Of a stretch of DNA of 64,000 nt, positions 40,364 through 51,300 are shown piece by piece (within the stretch, counting starts at the first letter, position 1; each line of letters opens with the position of its first letter). Source of the DNA: Marsupella aquatica. Its lineage: Eukaryota > Plantae > Marchantiophyta. The notes beneath the pieces were generated by a model that saw only the letters and a program-made list of their open reading frames with translations, had not been told where the DNA came from and searched no databases. Both the position numbers and the translations under genes were made by a program. The stretch is from the NCBI GenBank assembly GCA_973895155.1, contig OZ316899.1, positions 16,271,974 through 16,335,973 of the forward strand, given 5' to 3'.

Positions 40364-40666
40364 CAAAACACTTTATAATGCAATCCGTCATACATGCAAA
40401 TGTATTCAGTGAAAATCATGATATACCATTAAAGTTGGATAAAATATCTTTGGACAAAATATCCTTTTCGCTTGCTTTTCTAACAATTCTCGAGGTTTAG
40501 TGCTTCTGCTCATCAAAATGCAGCACTATTAGTGACCTTAATTATGACAAAATGTCAACACTAATAAAATTGGGTACTACCACCCATGATGCAGCTTAAG
40601 TATTTGCCTTGCTCATACCCCACTGAGACGTTGAAACCTAAGTAATAGGTTTGTTCATTATTCAGA

Positions 40667-41314
40667 TCACTGGAGCCATGAAATGTGGTCCCTGATTGGA
40701 GTCTTGAGGTGTGGATCAATAGGATAACCGGGGCAATAAAACATCTGTCGTTGTTGTCCATGTGCTTCATGGTCCCAGATGATCCCTTTGCTTTTGATCA
40801 TCTGGAGACAATCTGTATGCCAGGCATTTGGACATCATAGACATTGTACCATGTTCTTGACCATCTGACCCTCAAGACTCTGATAACATGTCACACATGT
40901 ATGTAGTGGGCAGGACTTTGCATCAGCTACCAAACACCCAAAGCAATAATATCGTACACAAAAATGATCAGAGCATTTTCGCACAATTGTAGGTGACGGT
41001 CCCACAGTGCGGCACCCATAACACATGGCCTGGTCCTGGTTACAATTTGGGCAAAACCCTGGCTTCCCTCCATGATGGAGGGGAAGGACCACACTGGGGC
41101 AAGAGTCATTAGGGGCTTCATCTCCAACCACATAATGAAATTGCCCATCACAAATTACCAACTTCCCACCATGCTCACAAATTGCACAAACATGAGGGCT
41201 AGTTTGTAGAATCTCTTGCTCAAAGAACAACGGAATACGCAATACCTCTTCCAAAGAGGCTCCTCTGTCAGAGGACTGTGTTGCTTTCTTTATGTTTGAA
41301 GTCCTTGTCGGCAT
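40667..41314 (-). pseudogene. Second EDM2-like PHD-cluster gene (cargo of element B), one stop and one frameshift
   Basis: VCAICEHGG..CPNC..VRKCSDHFCVRYYCFGCL..CPLHTC..QCL*CPNAWHTDCL, then after a frameshift FYCPGYPIDPHLKTPIRDHISWLQ*. Confidence 0.88.
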
Positions 41315-41603
41315 GGTTCAACTGCAATCATCACAAAGCACATCACATATGAGGGGGACATGTATGATAGTGAGCAATCCATAGACAAAGATAAGGTTAA
41401 TCATAGCACCTGCTCCAATGATCTGCAAACCTCCCTCCCAGATGATTGAAGTCAACTACACAGTGCAACCTGAACACCCACCAACCAAGACATACATAAA
41501 TACAATGCCAACTTGCAAAACTTTGCCACATATATAATGGGAATGAAAAATATTCTCATATATCATGGATGGTACAATTGCAGCCTTGCAAACAAAGGCC
41601 TAG

Positions 41604-42038
41604 TCATATATGAACAACGCATCCATGTACTATCAGGGACTGCAATGTCAAGCATCCATGGGCTGTAACCTTAGCTTGATCTGGAATACTATCTAGGGCT
41701 ACAATATCAAGCTCAATTGAATGTGGAATACTATCAGGGACTACAATGTCAAGCGTGTTCGGGATGACAATCTTGCGTAAAAGACACTCATTTTGAGGCC
41801 AAATGGTTGGCCTTATACAAGAGCACTTCCAGCGACGTGTGACAACTTTGCCATGCTTTCCCATGTATGTCCTAGTAACAAGTCTTCCACGCATTTTCAA
41901 GCAGAAGCAATGGAACCATTCAAAATTCCCATCACCAACCCTGCACTTGACACAAGGTTCACACCAGCAGCATTCATCTGGATGCTGTAGAAGGAGCTTC
42001 TCATAATTTGCTTCTAATGTAATGCCCAATATAGCCAT
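41604..42038 (-). CDS. Hypothetical ORF with a degenerate ING-type PHD-like motif
   Basis: CCWC..C..C..EWFHCFC..RWKCSC. Confidence 0.4.
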   Translation of the reverse strand: MAILGITLEANYEKLLLQHPDECCWCEPCVKCRVGDGNFEWFHCFCLKMRGRLVTRTYMGKHGKVVTRRWKCSCIRPTIWPQNECLLRKIVIPNTLDIVVPDSIPHSIELDIVALDSIPDQAKVTAHGCLTLQSLIVHGCVVHI

Positions 42039-42869
42039 GGCACTATTTTTTTGTACTCGGTGAATGGCCAGACAATCAGACGTGCAATGACAGGCAACTT
42101 ACAATTCACTAGGTACACTATGTGTTCTAGCAAACTGCTTCACCACAAGTGTTGGTGCTCATGCAAGCGCTGATGACAACCTCTACAATTCCTTTTGCAA
42201 CCTGTGAACAAAATTGAAACCACCATTTCAATTTCTAAGTTTCAAAAACTTCCCATTACATGAAGACAACCAATTGGCCATGCATGTTACTACAGCAGTA
42301 AAAAAATAACCCAATCGCTCAACAGACCTGAATAGCTAACCTAAATAGGATCAAGTTCAGAATCCGAAATGGTAATGCCCTTGCCCAGAAGCTTGAGAAA
42401 CAAAAGAGAATTTAAAAGCAAGCACAAGCGTCATCTGTTACCGACCACGTCTTGACCAGGCCTGCCACCCAGTATGGCTGGAGGCTGTGGTCCCCCCTGA
42501 GTAAACACTTAAAGAATTCTTCTCTTCTGGATGACTTAAAGAAATCGCAGGAACCAGCCGACGGGACACCAAGGCATGTAATAGAGAACCAGATTTGTGC
42601 GGGTGTGTGGGGGACGACAGAAGTCAAGTTACAAGATTTTTTTCCTGGGGTCCAGCCCACAGATGGAGATCATGCAAGGTGGTCAATCATGGCAAGTGCA
42701 ATCGTTGGAGACCTGTACTCGCGGTTACTCTAACGATGCATCCAGAAAATGTGTGCATCAAGTCGTCGATGCGGACACAGAAGGAGAGATGAGTATGGAC
42801 AACGTCGAGACAAATGACGACAGTACTGAGCTAGTATTCGGCTGGGAAGTTGGAGATGGATCTCAGTAG

Positions 42870-42994
42870 TGGCTCCAAACCTTATCTACGAGGGCATGGT
42901 GAGCTCCGGAGGACAAAATACTCAAAGAGCTTATTGCCATTCACGGAGCTCAGAACAGGAATTTTATAGCTGAAAAGCTAAACGGGCAGATCAG
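42870..42994 (+). pseudogene. Captured fragment of R2R3-MYB exon 1
   Basis: RGH(fs)APEDKILKELIAIHGAQNRNFIAEKLNG(fs)SG followed by GT; resembles RGHWRPAED.KLKELV..YGPQNWN.IAEKL.GRSG. Confidence 0.7.
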
Positions 42995-43469
42995 GTGCCA
43001 CATCGTCTATGACCGCTACCAGATCGATTAGGTGTGCTATGCATGATAGATTTGGGCTTCAAACAGTAGCAAGCAAGCACGAGCGTCAAACAATAGCAAG
43101 CAAGCAAGTACGATCATCAAAGCAGGCACCGCCTACCTCCCGATTGAGCAACGCAACAATGCTCCACTCCTGGGACTCCGGTTTGAGATATTGCAACACT
43201 CCCTGCAGTAGCCACCTCCCATTTCAGCAAGCTAGCAGCTCCTGTTTCAGCAAGCAGCAATGCAACACTTTCGACATCCACCTCCCGTTTGAGCAACTAC
43301 AACGCAGCACTTGCATCAGTCGCACACCCGCCCGCACTCCTTGTTTGAGCAACAACACAGCAGTCACATAAAATTTCCATATTGTTTGAGCAAGCAACAA
43401 CGTAGCACACTCCCTCAACCACAGACAGTAGCGCACCCAAACAATCCAACCTTGCAGCGCAACACTGTC

Positions 43470-43990
43470 GACCGATCCTTCACTCCAAGCAGCAGCGCAG
43501 GCGAGAGCGCAACACTCTCGCTCGATCCTTTACTCCCACGTTCACTTCAAGCAGCAGTGCAGCCGCGAAGTCTCGCTCTCCCCTTCACTCTAAGCAGCGC
43601 ATGCAACTGAGAAGTCTTGCTCTCCCCTTCACTCTAAGCAGCAGCATAGTTGAGAAGTCTCGCTCTCCCCTTCACTCTAAGCAGCAGCACAGCCGGGAAC
43701 TCTTGGTTGATCCTTCACTTCAAGCAGCAGCGGCAGCAACGCAGCCAAGAGCGCAACACTCTTGCTTTCCCCTTCACTCCAAGCAGCAGCGCAGCCAAAC
43801 AACTCTCGCTTGATCCTTTGCTCGATCCTTCGCCGAGAACTCTTGCTTGATCTTTCACTCCAGCCGCAACAACAACGCAGCTCGATCCTTCTCCAAGAAC
43901 TCTTGCTTGATCCTTCACTCTAGCCGCAGCAGCACGGCAGCCGAGAGCACAACACTCTCGCTTGATCCTTCTTCACTCCAAGCAGTAGCA
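43470..43990. repeat. Degenerate ~40-60-bp tandem repeats near the end of element B
   Basis: Repeated cttcactc(t/c)aagcagcagc..ctc(tt)gct(t/c)gatc / ctcgctctcccc. Confidence 0.8.
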
Positions 43991-44602
43991 CACTGGTTTA
44001 GACCCCGTTTAGACCATTTGCTGCAAGGTACAAACAAAAGAGACTCTGTTGAGGCAAAGAGCGGGTGGGGCCAAAGGGATAGTGGAGGGAAACGACACGG
44101 GAGGAGACTGACAAGGGCCAATTGAGGTAAACGAGACACGTTAAACGGAAAAATTTCAAACTTAATCCCGGTCAAACCCTAAACGTGAGTCCCCACAAAA
44201 CCAGACCCACTTAAATCATTCTCAAATTCTTGCCATGTTAACATAAACATGAATTAGGAAAATATATTGGGAATGTTATGTGTGCCATGTGTACCAATGA
44301 CATAGTGACACGTGTACTTTACATAGTCCGACACAAAGACCCCCTAACTTCTTTGTATGCCTTCCATCTACAAAGTCAAAAATATTAATATCCCTATTGT
44401 TCTTACGAGTTGTCCAACATATAAAGTTGACCCTATTGTTCTTACACAAATCTTCTTAAGTCTTCCGAGAAACCCAATTAACGGACCCTATACTTTGTCG
44501 CACGTGATATGAGATTTTTGCGGAGTGAGACCCCCAAGTCCAATCTATGATCACAGTGTTTGACTAGCGTTGGGCGCTATTGACTCCCTCACTTGTTTTC
44601 AG

Positions 44603-46302
44603 GCTTGGACAGGCAGTGGTCGAACCCTCTTGGATACTTGATGCAGACCATGGATTGGGCTATAAAGGTGTCAAAATCACTCCTTTGTTAAGCCCCGCCT
44701 TTGAGGATTTCATGCGGACCTGCGCCAAGATGTACGGTCCCCTAACAAAGAAGAATAAGCGAGAGAAGAAACCCGATGCAATTGTCTATACAATGGATCG
44801 AGCAAGATTGTTTACCGCTGTCTCTGCCCTCGACCCCAAGCTGAGGAGTACCCTTCTGGTTGCCCATTGTACACCAAAGTTGAGGAAACAATTCTTCCAT
44901 CCACAGAGCGTTAATGGCTATCCAGTGAAGCAATGGTGCCATACCTGGAAAACTTGGAACACTGTGGAGGGAATCGCTATTGGTTTGCTGCAAACCTCCC
45001 TACGCCAGGTCAGTGATATAGTCCCCGCCAATTGGTTCCAGGAGTGGGAGTGTGACTCAATTGACTCGCTTATTGAAATAGTCTCAAATGATTTCAAGAA
45101 ATTTGGGGACGCAGTGAAAGACAAGTTTTTTAATACAATGTGGCCTTCCAAGTATCCTGACAAGACTGACTACACCAAGAATCAGAAGAGGGCCAAACAA
45201 TATCTATACCGTTTCTTCATGCATATGGAGATTGTGAAGCCAGAATACTTTTGGGCATACCCAGCTGCTTTCCAAAAGTGGATCATTGTTCCCGAAGGAG
45301 ACATTATGGCTGACGTGTATTCAATGTATCCTGCTGAAGGGTGTCTTCCACCAAGAAAACTGTCAAAATGGGAGAGAATTCATTGTCCATGGTATTTGGA
45401 CACCAATAGATGGGACTCTCCATTCGACAACACTGAGAAAGACGCATTTCATAAGCTCTCCAAGTCTCAGGTCCCTCCCAAGTTTGTGTCCGACATGAAG
45501 CAGGGAATCAAAGGCAATGTGAGCAAGTTGATGGCAGAATTGCAAACGGTGTGCAAAACTACGGTTGTTCATGTTGACCGAAGTCGCAACCCAGAGTCAA
45601 AGCAAAAACCAAAGCAGCGGCACCGAGTACCTCAACACGGTCCACCAAAAAATGTTAGTTTTCATTGAGCTTGTACCTTCACATATTGGTTAGCGCTAGG
45701 CGCTGCTATATGTCTCTATCTATTGGTTTATTTTTTATTTGAATTGGTTTGGTCAGCGCCTGGCGCTATTATTAAGCATTGATTATATTCTGTTCTTTTC
45801 CTTTAGGTTAGAGAAAGTCTGACGCTGCAACGGACGAACAAAAGTTGATGCCACTCCTGAGCCTTCCAAAGCCAATACCAATGCCCAATCAGACCCTGTC
45901 ACTCTCGTTGAGAAAGCAAAAGAGATCGTCCCTCTTGATGCAACCAATACAAAGAAGAAGAAGAAAAGGGCAATTCAAGCAGGAGAATCTTCCCGAGATA
46001 ATGCCGCTAGAACTGGTCTTCACAGAGATGTGGGAAACTTCAAGAGTAAATCTTCTAGGCATTGCATGGTGGAAACAAACATACAAGAATTTATTGAGAC
46101 TACTTTCAACAAAGAAGAGAAACCAGAGTGGGTGACTGATGCAGAGAAATGGGGAAAGGACTTAATCAAGTCAGGTTCCCGAGAAAAGGGAGTCATCAGA
46201 GGAGGAAAAGAAAGATCATTTGGAGTCAATGCATGATTCATTTATCTTCCTACTGGACTTAAACCTACACTCATGGACCGTCGGGTTTCAAAGTGGAATG
46301 TA
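44603..46302 (+). pseudogene. Downstream exons of the ParB-like gene (44603-45653; 45807-46302), cut by CACTA end E
   Basis: The ttttcAG acceptor at 44601-44602 joins in frame to exon 1 (..EVVNQ/LGQAVVEP..). Second intron at 45654-45806. The gene ends ..FIYLPTGLK..SKWN at the insertion. Confidence 0.65.
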
Positions 46303-47517
46303 CACTAGAAGAATCCTAGCTCATCTGAGACCGCAGTATGTGACTCATTTTGGCTCATGTGACTTCATTGTGACTCAACGTGACGCAACCTAGCCTGTGA
46401 CCCTTGGAGTTGCAAAAGTTGCGACAAAAAAATGGAAGTCACTATTGATACTGGACATTGCGACTTACTTGATACCCATTTGTGATTGATTTGTGACTGC
46501 ATTGTGGAGTCTAGCCTTGTTTATACATGACTGCAGTGTGACTTTAATTAGTCACAGGGCAAGTCATATACATGACTTACTGGCCCTTAACAATGCCTAC
46601 CTTGTGACCTTTTAGTGTCACATAATAGACCAATGGAGACCCTGGTCCAGGCCCTAAACCATTTGGGCCTCTATATAGTCATGTTCATAAGTAATGAGGT
46701 TGAGATAGAAGTTGTAACCATGACTACAGAACATAGAGGGACAGTTGGGACAGTTCATAAGGAGAGAGGGCCAAGTCATGAGCACTCCACATTTCAATAC
46801 ATAGAAACACTCATGTTCACACTTTAGAAGTATAACACATTGAATGCAAGAAATGAACAGAGCACGAATGACATCCACATAAAACAAAATATCATATAAG
46901 CAGATCCTACATAAAACATTCATAAGAATTCAACATAATCACAATCTTGCTAAAAGATGATGATCATTTGAATTACAATGGCATAGTTTACAATGTCATC
47001 AATGTAATTAAGAGAAAACAGGAACTTGTAAACTGATAATTGTTTGAGATAATTGACCACACATGCATGATACTATCAATTATCAAACATGATTCTTGTA
47101 CTGCTTCTTGAGATCTAAAATCTGCAGAACATGACTCACACTACAAACAAATAATGATATTCTTATGGATCCTCTATGAACTTGCTTGGCCATAATACCA
47201 AAGAACCTGCAGCATCTCCAAGTGTCTTCTGAGGAGGATCATCATTTGTGTTTGGAATGGGAAGGACAGCTTTAGGTTTCACTAGTAATGTGATTAACAC
47301 TACTGAATAACCTAGGGAATCCTCTTGCCATGGAACGTTGTAGAACCAACCTGCACTCTGCCAAATCCTACTCTTGTGCCACTTTCATCAATAGCTAACA
47401 AGCCACTTTGTCCCTCAACATTAGGTGCCTTCCCCACTTCCACCTTAAATCTTTTGCCAGCACCGTTTCTTGGAGGTTTGTATGAATTTGACGTGGCTCT
47501 GCTCCCAGCAGTAGACT
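46303..47517 (-). mobile_element. CACTA E: 3' end of a C-family copy in inverted orientation, with TnpA C-terminus (47162-47517)
   Basis: Begins CACTAGAAGAATCC; diverged reverse complement of ~29026-30238. Confidence 0.92.
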
Positions 47518-48329
47518 CACTAGAAGAAAACCTGTGTTTTACTACTACAGGCCCTACAACTACTTTGCCTAAACAACTCATACGTGGTGCCAACCACTAT
47601 TTTTTTAATGGGTTGTAATAATCTGCATTTTATGACTCTACTTAGAACACTGATTACAACTCTTTTTTTTGCCACTAAAACTTAGATCACTTGAATTAGA
47701 GTTGTATATTACACAAATTTGCAAATCACTACAATCCACCGTCCACTACACCGTCAATGTTTACAACTCTATTTTCAATTAAGATTTTACTACTGGCCGA
47801 AACCACTACAAATACAAGTACCACCAATATTTTAATGGTAAAGGTGCTTTTTCAATCAACTCCCAATCAAGTGAATCTTTTCCAAGTGATCTTAATTACT
47901 TGAAATAATGTCATTTGTGAGCCACCTTTTGTTACTATAAATATCACCAATAGTGGAGTCACAAATGAATTTTGGCAAAATCACTTAAAAAATATTTCAG
48001 TGACAAGGAAATTCTTACAAACAACTTAAGATTGAGTGAATTAATTGTCAATGTACAAAATCTCTTTAAATAAAGTCATTATTATCACAAATTGTCTGAC
48101 TACAAATGCCACTAATATTAGAGTCCAATAAATATTATTTGATGCAACTTCAAACCAAATGCCACATCCTCCTTAGTCCAAAATCACTCTAAAGAATGTC
48201 ATTCTCTTCGCATATTTTAGTGACTCCAAATGCCACTAAGAGTAGAGTGTCAATGCAGGGCCTTGCAAATGACTTGAAATGAAGTAGATCATTTTCCATT
48301 CTCAGAAATCACTATGAATAATGTCATTC

Positions 48330-51300
48330 TGTGGCGCATTTTCCAAGACCTCTAACCCCAAGAACTACCCTCAGTTGATCATAAACCACTCGTTTATGTC
48401 CGTCCTCTTGCCATATGGCAGCTATTTGGTTTGGAAATGCGCTCCTCTCCTTTGATCCACACTTACCGGACCGATTCTTTCACTGGGCTTGTGAATTGTG
48501 CACAACTGAGACACCTAATTCCTCTTTAACTTCTTCAGGTATATTTGTATTCCGCCCCCGGAATGTACCTCTACGGCTTAATTTCTTAAGCCGGCTGAAG
48601 GTCTTTTTCAGACTGACTCAACCCACACTTCACCAACTAAACACTCTCAATCCTCACTTTTCTCTTAGAGTTTGATTGGGCAGTCTCCAATCAAGACAAT
48701 GCGATTGTATTTTGCTCAACAGTTCACCCTATCTGACTTAAATCGATCAAGCAACAGATATCATAACACTCAACTTCCTAGATGGCAAGAATCTACGAAC
48801 TATGCAACGAGGCCAACTCAATTCAAACAATTGCTCAGAAATCCAAGGGAACTGGTGGTTTACTGATACCCTGCGGTCTAGATTTAGCCGAGAGCTTCCT
48901 GTGCTCACAACAATACAGATTTACACTAAAGCCTTGACTAAGAAAAAGCCCCCGAGCCACGCTGCCCAGGTTTTTATCCTTGCAGCGCATTCAGGGGAAA
49001 AGGCGGAAATCCTAACCACAACTCACGGCCTTCCACCATGATAATCCAACTAAAAAACTATCACCTAAAAAACTTGACTAGCCCGAAACCCTGTGTGAAT
49101 CGAGCATCTAATACTACCTAAGCCGACAGGGCGCTACTTGCCATGTCCCATCCTACAACGGCCGCGCCCTTCTGGCCCAAGCCCTTCTCCTGCCGCCACG
49201 TCCTCCTTCCAACCGATGACTGGCCCTCCTTAATTGTCAGGTGACCGGGGGTAAGTCCGAATCTTCCGACTCTGCACCTTCTCCTGCCATCGGCTCCGGC
49301 TTGACCCCTTCGGCTTCCTCAACTTTGGGTTCTGGTTTGTCGGCCCCGGCATCAGCTGCTGCATTGGCATCCTCCTGGGAAACGGCTTGGATAGCAATGG
49401 CCTTTATTTCCTCAATCCAAGCCCGCTCTCCAATACGTTCTGTATCGATCTTCCACGGCTTCACATTCTGGTAGTCCATGGTGGCTGTACCGGTGTCTGA
49501 ACCTGTTACCGCAGCTCCAAGTTCATCGGCATTACTTATCTCTACCATGGCTGCCTTTGTAGCAACAGTCCCACAAATGTGGGCGGCCATACTCTCGACC
49601 TCTTCTGGCGTGGCTTTAAGGGGTACCCCAGAAGTACCTGCTGGCCCCATGAATGTTTTGGCCAGATCCGCAACCAACTGCATTGCCTTACCTCCAGTTA
49701 CTCTTGACAAAATAGATGTCGGCTTCGGCATCTCCGTATTCCCGACGACCATGCCACTAGCGGGAGACCGTCCAATTGGTGATCCGTGCCCGGCTTCGAC
49801 ATACTTTCGCAACTTCTCTGTTTGGTTATCTGCACGCCTCTGCAAGCCAATCATCTTGTCTTTGGCCTCCTCCAGCTCTTGGGATAAATCCTCAACCTCC
49901 TCATTAAGCCGGAGCGCCTCCTCTTTGGCCATCTTGAGCTCCTCGTTTAAGATCTGCACAATCTCAAACTCCTGCTTATCCAAAGCGGCTCTATGGGAAT
50001 CGTTGATGCCTTCCAGTTTTGTGACCTCGTCCGTCCATGCCTGCTTTGTCCTGTTTAGCTCCTCCTGAAGCTCTTTGCATATCTGTTGGACTCGGCTTAG
50101 GTGATCATTGGCCGCTGTGCAAACGGCGTCCTCATGCTTCTCACGCATGGCCTCCAATCGGTCGAGTAACTTGTCATACTTCCTTTGGGCTTCTGCCAAG
50201 GCCTTCTCGCTCTGGGTGGCCTGATCCTTAGCCGTCTTTCTGAGCCTCTCGACTTGGCGATTTAGACACTGTACTTCTGCTTTTGAATCGGCTAACTCCA
50301 GCTCTACCTTCGTCAATTTTTCCTTGATCTGCTGTTTATCCAATTGGTAGTTTTCCAATTGGTTGTTCGCCACTTCCAATTCCTGCTGCTTAGCCAAGAG
50401 ATCCTGTTGAGTTGGTTGACCAGACTTTGTCTTAGCAACTTCGGCTTCCATGGAGCGAAGCCGAGCGATTACCTCCTCTTTCTTTAACCGCTCCAACGTC
50501 ATTGCCTCCTCCAACCTTGTTTGGTCAGCCATTTCCTTTCTAAGAAATGGTCCAGATTCTAACTCATTGCCGAAGATTTCTAAGGCGAGCAGTCCACACA
50601 TGTCTCCATACTCCCTATCCCGATCCTTGGCATATTTTGACCTGCCAGGTGATACTGGCATCTGCCAAGTGATACTGGCATTTGCCAACGAGGCCATTTC
50701 TCCCAGGCTTCTGCCCGTAATTGATCGAAGTCAGTGAGAGGCTCGGCCTGCTTCTCACTAAATCGTCTTATTTCCTCCGGCCAATCAGCGCCTGGTAGCT
50801 GCCGTTCCTGCATGTCATTTTGGGCCCTCCACTCGTCAAGTTTCTCCTTCAGACCTGCCTTGGCTTCCTTCATTCGGTCAAATTCCAATGGTGTCGCGTC
50901 CAATGGAGGAGACTCTGGGGTTTTCTGGTCCTCCGGCTTGCCATAGAAGATTGCGGGAAGTCTTCTACAAAACCTTCCCATCGTTCTAACTCCTGGTACC
51001 GGCCTCTCCCCGTGATCGACATAGTTGTCGTTGTAATCATCCACATTAACCTGACTACCTAGCATGCCGGCCTCTCCTCCAAAGCCCCCGATCTCTTCCT
51101 CCGAATATTGTTGGGCTATTGCTGGTTGACCTTCCTCCACAGGTCCCTCCACTTGGGCTCTGTTAGAAGCTCTTAATACCGGCCTCTCCTGGCTTTGGCT
51201 TACCTCCTCATCTGTTTCCGAATCCATTCACTCGTCATATTTCTTTCTCTCTTCGGCAGTCAGCTTCCTCTCGACCAATTGGATGCCTGCATATGGATTA

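Larger units (their letters stand above)
13991..44538 (-). mobile_element. Element B: TIR DNA transposon with P-element-like transposase (~9.5 kb without nested inserts)
   Basis: TIRs CTCGGGGGTCTCACT and AGTGAGACCCCCAAG (14/15 match). 8-bp TSD TCCAATCT at 13983-13990 and 44539-44546. Confidence 0.92.
6516..46302. mobile_element. Element A: large MULE-like DNA transposon (own sequence ~6516-13990 and 44547-46302); left end approximate, right end not found
   Basis: The gypsy sequence ends at ~6515. A carries a MULE-like/SWIM transposase (-) and a ParB-like gene (+). The same palindrome occurs on both sides of B, and an intron spans B. Confidence 0.6.

Noticed and set aside
13991-44538. A 30-kb giant transposon mobilised as one unit, or a hAT element
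   Set aside because: About 21 kb is later nested insertion, one of which breaks the transposase. The 8-bp TSD fits hAT, but I saw no hAT motifs (BED finger, TRWNS, C-terminal dimerisation domain).
49237-50697. Host SMC/myosin-like gene
   Set aside because: It is only a generic coiled coil, lies within a TG..CA element with a TSD, and is part of a broken ORF.
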